From Allosphingosinicella sp. (GTDB lineage: Bacteria; Pseudomonadota; Alphaproteobacteria; Sphingomonadales; Sphingomonadaceae): 64,000 nucleotides of DNA. Below, piece by piece: positions 57,605-64,000 of the stretch; positions within the stretch are counted from its first letter, which is position 1; each line of letters starts with the position of its first letter. Under the pieces are notes generated by a model. The model made no database searches. It was given only the letters and a program-made list of their open reading frames with translations, and had not been told where the DNA came from. Position numbers and translations under genes: made by a program. Location of the stretch: contig DASVVY010000021.1 of NCBI GenBank assembly GCA_036386335.1, positions 738 to 64,737 on the forward strand, read 5' to 3'.

Positions 57605-57646
57605 CTCATCCTGAGGAGGGACTGAGCTCGGCGAAGGCCCGTCTCG
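57605..57646. repeat. Partial REP-like element
   Basis: CTCATCCTGAGGAG...CCGTCTCG resembles the CTCATCCTGAGGAG...GTCTCGAAGG family (recalled). Confidence 0.45.
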
Positions 57647-57749
57647 CCGCGCCTGCCGCGCCCGGCCTTGAGCGGCGCCCGCTTGCGCAGCCGCGCGGGC
57701 GGGCGCATTGCGTGGGCGCGATGACCCAGCGCGAGCGGCGGCGGCCGGC

Positions 57750-58319
57750 ATGCCCCTGATCGACATTCCCCGAGGCCATCTCGGCGCGGTCGTCACCTAT
57801 CTGGAGATGACCCAAGGCCCGAAGCCGGCGCCCCTGCCCCCCTCCCCCCTCCGCCTCGAGCGATGGCGCGATCCCGAGCCGGCGAAATACCGCGCCTTGT
57901 TCGCCCGCGTCGGAGCGCGCTGGCTCTGGTATTCGCGGCTCGCGATGGACGACGCGGCGCTGCGCGCTGGCATGGGCGAGGTCTGGGCGGTGGTCGACCG
58001 GGCGGGGATCGAGGTCGGCATGGTCGAGCTCGACTTCCGCGACGCGGGCGAGTGCCTGATCCGATTCCTCGGCCTGGTCCCCGAGCTCGCGGGCAAGGGC
58101 CACGGCAAGTGGCTCTTCGCGCAGACCCTCGCCCTCGCCTGGCGCCCGGGCGTTCGCCGCGTCGCGGTGAACACCTGCACGCTCGACCACCCGGCCGCCC
58201 TCCCCGCTTACCTCAAGGCAGGCTTCCGGGCCACCGAACGCGCCTTCGAAACCTTTCCCGATCCCCGCCTCGCGGGCCTCCTCCCCGAAGACGTCGCGCC
58301 GCAGATCCCGCTGGTGTGA
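57750..58319 (+). CDS. GNAT-family acetyltransferase
   Basis: FLGLVPELAGKGHGKWL, VNTCTLDHPAAL.AY.KAGF. Confidence 0.88.
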   Translation: MPLIDIPRGHLGAVVTYLEMTQGPKPAPLPPSPLRLERWRDPEPAKYRALFARVGARWLWYSRLAMDDAALRAGMGEVWAVVDRAGIEVGMVELDFRDAGECLIRFLGLVPELAGKGHGKWLFAQTLALAWRPGVRRVAVNTCTLDHPAALPAYLKAGFRATERAFETFPDPRLAGLLPEDVAPQIPLV

Positions 58320-58355
58320 ATGTCCTCGCCGCTCTTCGACGAGGAGGGAGCCAGG

Positions 58356-58895
58356 TCAGCCCTGCATCGCCCAGTACCCGAAGAGCGCCAGCTTGGGGAC
58401 CATCGTCACCACGGCAACGCCGCCCGCCACCCAGGCGACGGTCTTCTCGATCCCGCCGCGCGCGGCCGCGGTACGGGCGATCTCGACGATCAGCAGCCAG
58501 GCGAGCGAACTTGCCAGCACCGGCGCGGAATCGCGGATCGGGAGAGCGAGGAGGTATGCGAGCTGAGCATAGGCCGGCGCGCCGATGCCGAGCGCGACCA
58601 TGAGCGAGAGGAGCGTCGCCTTGCGATCGCGGCCCCGGCCGAACAACCCCAACGTCACCGGCCGCTCGAGGAACAGCTTCGCCGCGAGCCAGAGCACCGG
58701 AGCGGCAAAGATCAGTGCCGTGAACCAGCCGGTCAACACGATGAAGCCATGTGGATCGAAGTACCCGTAGGGTTCGCCGGCGCGCTCCGCGGCCCGCGAC
58801 AGCGCCGCACCGCAAGACCAGGGCCGGGCCAAATAGGCCGCTACCGCGGCCGGCATGAGCGCAAAGCCGATCCGCTGAGGCGTTTCCTCGCTCAT
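58356..58895 (-). CDS. Hypothetical membrane protein
   Basis: About five TM segments. Confidence 0.55.
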   Translation of the reverse strand: MSEETPQRIGFALMPAAVAAYLARPWSCGAALSRAAERAGEPYGYFDPHGFIVLTGWFTALIFAAPVLWLAAKLFLERPVTLGLFGRGRDRKATLLSLMVALGIGAPAYAQLAYLLALPIRDSAPVLASSLAWLLIVEIARTAAARGGIEKTVAWVAGGVAVVTMVPKLALFGYWAMQG

Positions 58896-58951
58896 CCCGC
58901 GATGCTTTCAGTCCAACATGCGCAAGGACAGCACCCCCCGGAGGAACGGCT

Positions 58952-59368
58952 TCAGCGCCCGCGGTGCGAGGGCCGATGGCCCCTCAGGCGGGCATCGAGG
59001 CTGAGCGGGCCCGGGCCCGCGAAAACGAAGTAGAGGAAGATGAAGCAATAGAGGATGGCGGCGTCGCCGCCGGTGTTGACGGGCCAGAAGCCCTGCGGTG
59101 CGTGGCCGATGAAATAGGCCGCGGCCATCGTGCCCGACGCGATGAACGCGGCGGGCCGGGTGAACAGCCCCAGCGCGATCAGCGCTCCGGCGACCAGTTC
59201 GATGATCCCGGCATAAGCGCCGGGGTGGGCGAACGTCCAGCCGAAGCCCGCGGCCTCACCGGCCGGAAAGCTGAGAAACTTCTGCGTCCCATGTTCGAGG
59301 AACAGCAATCCGGCCATGATCCTGAGGATGCTGCGCATCAGCGGCGCATGCCGGTCGAGCTGGTCCAT
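58952..59368 (-). CDS. DoxX-family membrane protein
   Basis: LRIMAGLLFLEHGTQKF, LGLFTRPAAF, GPGPLSLD. Confidence 0.92.
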   Translation of the reverse strand: MDQLDRHAPLMRSILRIMAGLLFLEHGTQKFLSFPAGEAAGFGWTFAHPGAYAGIIELVAGALIALGLFTRPAAFIASGTMAAAYFIGHAPQGFWPVNTGGDAAILYCFIFLYFVFAGPGPLSLDARLRGHRPSHRGR

Positions 59369-59519
59369 GGCGATGCGGCCTCCCTTCTGTTGCGGACCCG
59401 TAATAAGGGCAGTCGTCGGAAACGGCAAACTCAGCGTGCACCGTTCACGCGGCGCCAGAGAAGCGACAGCGCAGTCACCCGGTTTTTTTCCGGTCGAGCT
59501 CGAGACGTCGCTCCTCCGA

Positions 59520-60248
59520 TCAGCCCGCCACGACCAGGCGGTACCCGGCGTCATAAGCGTCGAGCGTGAGGAGCTCGCCGTAGCGGCGCTCCCACGCACC
59601 GGTCTCGAGATCGGCCTTCAGACGCCGCAATCCGGCCTTGAGGTCAGGAAGGGTCCAGAATGATGAGCTGCCGGAGCGGATGCGGGGGTCGAGATAGGCC
59701 TCCGGACGACGCCAATAGGCGTAGAGGAAGCCGTCGGTGCAATCGTGCGGCACCGGAACGGGGACGACCCGCACATCCCCGAGCCATCGTCCGTAGTCCG
59801 AAATGGCCGGCATTTGCGCCTCGTCCAAAGCAGCCAGCTCCGGAAGGTAGTCGGTGAGCCACGGCCGGTGGGAGGGATCGAAGGTGAGCAGGACGATCCG
59901 GCCGCCCGTCACCCGGCGCATTTCCTTCAGGCCCGCCACTTTGTCGCGCCAGTGGTGGAGCGTCAGGATCGCCATCGAAGCGTCGAACGCATCATCGCCG
60001 AACGGCAGGCTTTCGGCGGACGCCTGCACCGCGCGCGCGGCTGCGGGACTGCGCTGCCGGATCATCTCGAGGGACGGCTCCACCGCCGTCACCGCCCGGT
60101 CGGCAGGCTCGTAGGAGCCGGTGCCCGCCCCGACGTTCAGAACCGTCCGCGCGTCCCCGAGAGCCTCCCCGATCGCGGCTGCGATCCGCGGGTCGGGCCT
60201 GCGAAGCTGCGCATAGCCGATCCCTATCCTGTCGTATTTGGCGGCCAT
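59520..60248 (-). CDS. Class I SAM-dependent methyltransferase
   Basis: LNVGAGTGSY, AVEPS, AESLPF.D..FD, LHHW. Confidence 0.9.
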   Translation of the reverse strand: MAAKYDRIGIGYAQLRRPDPRIAAAIGEALGDARTVLNVGAGTGSYEPADRAVTAVEPSLEMIRQRSPAAARAVQASAESLPFGDDAFDASMAILTLHHWRDKVAGLKEMRRVTGGRIVLLTFDPSHRPWLTDYLPELAALDEAQMPAISDYGRWLGDVRVVPVPVPHDCTDGFLYAYWRRPEAYLDPRIRSGSSSFWTLPDLKAGLRRLKADLETGAWERRYGELLTLDAYDAGYRLVVAG

Positions 60249-60360
60249 TCGAAACGCTTGGGTCATCAGCCGATCGCGCGCAATGGAAAGCGAAGCTATG
60301 CGCGGCCGTTACAGTAGACCGTCACGACACGGTGAGCTGCAGGACCATACTCCACCGCCG

Positions 60361-60699
60361 CTACTCGTAGAAGTAGCCGCTGGCCTCCCCTTTGGCGCGA
60401 ATGCAGCGGAACAACGCGATAGCGCCGTCGCGAGTCCAGGGGGAGCGCCCGATCTCGGCCTTGCATTGCAGCCCGGCCTGACGTGCCGCCTCGGGCTCAT
60501 CCTGTCTGAAGCCCTGGACCCAGGCGCGCTCCTCTTCGATCTCAGGGTCGTCGAGGCTGTAGCCGCCGAGGGTGACCGCCCAGGCAAGCCCCCCGCTGAA
60601 GCAGATACCGGCGAGAGCGGCCAAAGCGCGAAACGGATGGTTCAACAAGGGCGGGTTCCTCGTGTCTGCACCCAAGGCGTACGCGCAACGCACCACCAT
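60361..60699 (-). CDS. Small hypothetical protein (start uncertain)
   Basis: TM segment plus a Cys pair; fills a gap. Confidence 0.35.
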   Translation of the reverse strand: MVVRCAYALGADTRNPPLLNHPFRALAALAGICFSGGLAWAVTLGGYSLDDPEIEEERAWVQGFRQDEPEAARQAGLQCKAEIGRSPWTRDGAIALFRCIRAKGEASGYFYE

Positions 60700-60726
60700 A
60701 GCGTTAACGCCGTCACGTGCAGGCCC

Positions 60727-61215
60727 TCAGCCGAGGAAGCGTACGGCGCCGTGGACCCTGATGCTCGAACCGGCGTCCGGCGGGATGTCGGCGAGGAGCC
60801 GGCAGGGAACACCCATATCTTCCCCCTGCACGATTTCGATATGCCCGCCGTGGGGCCAGCCGAGGTCGCGAAGATAGCCCGCCAGCGCGGCCGCCGCCGC
60901 TCCCGTTGCCGGATCCTCGTACACGCCCCCGGCGGCGAACGGATTGCGCGACTGGAAAAGCGTGGGCGATGCGGCGTGCACCAGGCTGACGGTCGCAAGG
61001 CCCCAGCCCTTCATCAGGCAGGCGCCCGCTTCGAAATCGTACCGCATGGCCGCGAGCGCGCTGCGCTCGCGGAGCGCCACGAGCAGATGCCGCGCTCCGG
61101 CCTCGATGAAAGCGGGCGGAAGGCGCGGCTCGAGATCCTGCGCGGCCAAGGAAAACAGGTCCAAGGCGGCTGCGATGTCCTCGGCGCCTGCGGGCTCGCT
61201 CCGCGTGGGGGGCGA
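60727..61215 (-). pseudogene. PhzF-family isomerase, 3' half only
   Basis: RNPFAAGGVYEDPATGAAAAAL, IVQGEDMG; N-terminal half (F..NP, CGHAT) absent. Confidence 0.85.
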
Positions 61216-61495
61216 GATTGTAGTGGTCGATCTCGCGCGCGACGCGGCGGCTCCCCTCCAATCGAACTATTTCCATTTTGGAAACGGTTGCCTTCGGATC
61301 GAGCTCGCCCTGCTCGAATATGTTCCCGATGTGCTTCGACACGGCGGGAACGTTAACCCCGAAGAGGTCAGCGATCTGCTGCTGAGTCGCCCAAACCGCC
61401 TCATGGGACCAGTCAACATTTAGATCGACAGCGGCGTTCTCGCCGTTGAATCGGACTAGCTCAAGGTCGATCTGCTCTGCTCCGGTGACAAGAGC
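61214..61495 (-). pseudogene. RhuM-family DNA-binding protein fragment
   Basis: VWATQQQIADLFGVNVPAVSKHIGNIFEQGEL...EG.R.V.R.IDHYNL, truncated before the expected D.IISVGYRV. Confidence 0.85.
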
Positions 61496-61509
61496 GGCAC
61501 TAATATACT

Positions 61510-61922
61510 TCACTCAGTAGCGGGTGCGAGCCCAAGCCGCTTCTCTAGCTGCCGGAGGATTCGATGATACCTCCCACGCTCCCTTTCCGCGACCTCGCGA
61601 TTGCAGCCTCCCGTCCGCAAGATCGACGCCTCCTCCTGCTCGGCGAGCCTTTTTGTCTCGGCTTCGAGGTCAGTAAACCGGCTCCCCTCCCGCCGTATTA
61701 GCTCAGCGCGGCTTCTGTCGCGTCTCGCCATCGCCTGCTCCTGCATCCTTACATATCGAGGATGCGCGGGACCGAAGGGGCGCGCTGCTGGAATGCAGCC
61801 CCACGCGGTCCTGCCCGTGTCGAAAAGGTGAACGTACAGCTCCAGGTCCGACTGAACTGAACGAGTCCCTATTGTAGATGCGCAGCCCGCCAAGGCGATT
61901 AACAGATCAGCAACTTGTGCAT
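61510..61922 (-). pseudogene. Lipoprotein gene with 1-nt frameshift in its signal peptide
   Basis: AAGGAA RBS, ATG CAC AAG TTG CTG ATC TGT TAA; one extra T restores MHKLLICLIALAGC. Confidence 0.6.
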
Positions 61923-62194
61923 GCCGGGTTCCTTCGAACGCCGATCCTACTAAGAAAAAGGGGCCCGCCGAAGCGACCTTTGCCGCGCTAGAACGGATCA
62001 TCCTGCCACGGATCGCCGAACCCCATATCCTCCGGCTGACAGACTGAAACGTGCAACTTAGTCACTGTCCGGGTTTCCACGTCCACAGTAAAGAGCAGCT
62101 TGTAAGACGAAAAACCTTGGTGCCTTTGTCCTTGATGCGCAGCCTGGTCTTGGCAACCCTGATTTGCGAGTTAATCGCTAGCGGCGGAAAGGCG

Positions 62195-63202
62195 GGCGAT
62201 TAAGTACTTGTTTGGACCACGCGGCCGTGCTACATACCCGGCATGGACAGCATCAGCCTCATGGATCTCACCCGCTTCCTCGCCGACGAAGCCGCCGCTC
62301 AGCAAGCTTTGGCAAATTTGCGGTGGCCGAACGGCGTTGAATGCCCGCTCTGCCACGGCGGCAAGAAGGTGTACGAGGTTAAGTACGTTCGCCGCGACGC
62401 GCGCACCGGCGAGGTCAAGCCGAGCGTCCGCAAGCAGTGGAAGTGCGGCGCGTGCCGGAAGAAGTTTTCCGTCACGACCGGCTCCATTTTTGAAGGTGCT
62501 CATACCCCGGTCGGGAAGTGGATCTACGCTATCCACCTCATGTGTTCGTCCAAGAAGGGCGTAAGCGCCAATCAGCTCAGCCGCACCCTCGAGATCAGCT
62601 ATAAGAGCGCCTGGTTCATGTGCCACCGCGTCCGCGAGGCGATGCTACAGGAGCCTCTGGCGGGGATGCTCGGCAAGGGGCCGGATGCCATCGTAGAGTT
62701 GGACGAAACCTACGTGGGCGGGAAAAAGAAGAACAACCGCCACGCCAACCGCACCCACAAGGCCGGTCAGAAAACCGCCGTCATGACCCTGATCGACCGT
62801 GAGGGCGACGTTAAGACCGTCAAGGTCGAAAACGTCCGCAAGGGCACCCTTCAGGCGCTGGCGAAGCCTATCGTGGACCGCTCAGCGAACATCGTGACCG
62901 ACGCCCATCTCTCCTATGAGGGGCTTGATCAGCACTTCCACAGCCATCATGTGGTGGACCACAGCCGCACCTATGTGCGGGGGGTGATCTTCCACACGAA
63001 CTTCGCCGAGAGCTATCACAGCCTCCTGAAGCGCGGCATCATCGGCACCTTCCACCACGTGAGCGACAAGCACCTGCCGCGGTATCTGGCGGAGTTCGAC
63101 CGCCGCTGGAACACTCGCAAAGCCACCGATGGCCAGAGCACTGTCAACGTTATCAAAGCCGCTCCTGGCAAGCGGCTGACCTACGAAGCGACCACCGCTT
63201 AA
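62195..63202 (+). mobile_element. IS1595-family element (minimum extent; right end not found in window)
   Basis: Left IR-like GGCGATTAAGTACTT 48 nt before the transposase; resembles the ISNwi1-group end motif as I recall it. Confidence 0.8.
62243..63202 (+). CDS. IS1595-family (ISXO2-like) DDE transposase
   Basis: Zn ribbon RWPNGVECPLC...WKCGAC, HTH, VELDETYVGG, IVTD, HTNFAESYHSLLKRG, RYLAEF. Confidence 0.95.
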   Translation: MDSISLMDLTRFLADEAAAQQALANLRWPNGVECPLCHGGKKVYEVKYVRRDARTGEVKPSVRKQWKCGACRKKFSVTTGSIFEGAHTPVGKWIYAIHLMCSSKKGVSANQLSRTLEISYKSAWFMCHRVREAMLQEPLAGMLGKGPDAIVELDETYVGGKKKNNRHANRTHKAGQKTAVMTLIDREGDVKTVKVENVRKGTLQALAKPIVDRSANIVTDAHLSYEGLDQHFHSHHVVDHSRTYVRGVIFHTNFAESYHSLLKRGIIGTFHHVSDKHLPRYLAEFDRRWNTRKATDGQSTVNVIKAAPGKRLTYEATTA

Positions 63203-63349
63203 GGATCGTGACCCTCGTTGGGCTTGTGGTTGGATTTTCAGTTGGATTTGACCAACAAGTGTGTTGGGCGATTTGTGGATGATTTTAGGAGAAATTTAGC
63301 GTCCGGACCATTATATGGGTCATGCGTTGGAGGCGATGAAAAACAGCGC

Positions 63350-63441
63350 GCCTGCCCGATAGGGTCCTGCGATAGCAGGGGCAACAGGCTTTCGCGAGGG
63401 GTTCGGCCCCGGAAAGTAGCCCCTTCGGGGGCTATTTTTTT
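63350..63441 (+). ncRNA. Candidate structured ncRNA (three-way junction, hairpin, terminator)
   Basis: Base pairings listed in findings; no credible ORF. Confidence 0.45.
63417..63441 (+). terminator. Intrinsic terminator overlapping the stop codon of the convergent gene
   Basis: TAGCCCC-TTCG-GGGGCTA followed by T7. Confidence 0.85.
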
Positions 63442-63929
63442 GACCAGCGGATTGGCTTGCCGTTGATAACGTTAGCAACGACCACTTGGAATTTCGCGCG
63501 CGGCAGACTGGGGTCGAGATTGGGCCGATGATGGGCGCTGCGAACGTCAAGCCTCGCATCAAAGCGCTTCCCCTTCACGGCTCGCAGGTTGAACACAACC
63601 AGATACGGGCCGGCGAGACCAGGAAGGGTGGTGTTCAGCACCATCGTATTCCGGCTGAGGCAGACATCCCCGTGCACTGCCGCCGCAATGGCGGCAGGGA
63701 GATGTAGAGAGTGCGCATAGCGATCTACCGAGAAAGTGCGTGGCTGGTTGCCATCCATGAAGAGGAGGTCCGGCGTATCGCCGGGTTCCACCTCTCTCGT
63801 GAAAGCATGGGCGCCGAACGCTACCTGGACGCGGTAGCCCACCCCGCCGCAGAGCACCGGCAGGAGAAACGGATCAAGGTGCCGGAGAGAATACGGCGTT
63901 CCTTGGATAATTCGAGTACCCCACGACAT
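63432..63929 (-). CDS. Hypothetical protein, candidate BECR/RelE-like RNase toxin
   Basis: W..G..YSL.HL.PF, V.F..H.FTR, R.F...RY..S..LP, Y.V.F, V.SAH.R pattern. Confidence 0.7.
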   Translation of the reverse strand: MSWGTRIIQGTPYSLRHLDPFLLPVLCGGVGYRVQVAFGAHAFTREVEPGDTPDLLFMDGNQPRTFSVDRYAHSLHLPAAIAAAVHGDVCLSRNTMVLNTTLPGLAGPYLVVFNLRAVKGKRFDARLDVRSAHHRPNLDPSLPRAKFQVVVANVINGKPIRWSKK

Positions 63930-63970
63930 CTCAGACCCCTGTTATTCAACCCACGGATGTGCTAGAAAAA

Positions 63971-64000
63971 TGTGCCCCCGCCGGGTTTCGAACCCGGACG
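63971..64000 (-). tRNA. 3' part of a tRNA or tRNA-like element (truncated by window end)
   Basis: T-stem CCGGG/CCCGG, loop TTCGAAA, acceptor strand CGGGGGC, discriminator A, no encoded CCA. Confidence 0.55.

Noticed and set aside
60713-61513. 266-aa ORF as one real protein
   Set aside because: RhuM fragment running out of frame into phzF sequence; reported as two pseudogenes instead.
61894-61902. GGCGATTAA match to the IS left end
   Set aside because: Only 9 nt, inside a coding signal peptide, and it lacks the TACTT part; probably chance.
62171-62626. 151-aa minus-strand ORF
   Set aside because: Antisense shadow of the IS1595 transposase.

Overview
High-GC alphaproteobacterial chromosome segment; gene content and regulatory motifs point to Sphingomonadaceae (inference). 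About 1-59 kb is a dense mix of core and accessory genes. These include an arsC-like gene, a sciP-like gene beside a split REC/EAL pair, mscL, ctpA-dsbB-coq7, DUF885, dodecin, a POT transporter and an orphan tandem AAA ATPase. Further on are an HxlR-controlled VOC/SRPBCC cluster, a LexA-boxed radical SAM/DUF1080/UdgX operon, tRNA-Ala(CGC), urcA with a LytS/LytTR pair and several peptidoglycan enzymes. The region ends with a 1475-aa VCBS/RTX adhesin, an ECF sigma/anti-sigma divergent from a subtilase, a porin, trmL and hemF. I could read several motifs directly: EcfG-type GGAAC-N17-CGTT promoters, CtrA-like boxes, two LexA boxes and back-to-back ECF promoters. I also found three small ORFs missing from the ORF track. 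The last ~3 kb is a visibly AT-richer mobile/decayed region. It contains a rhuM-phzF deletion junction, a frameshifted lipoprotein and an IS1595-family transposase whose right end is not in the window. The best novelty candidate follows: a tRNA-like 3' end, then a putative BECR-fold RNase gene, then a convergent, highly structured non-coding segment ending in a terminator that overlaps the gene's stop codon. No CRISPR array or rRNA was seen. All family assignments come from motif recognition, not database searches.
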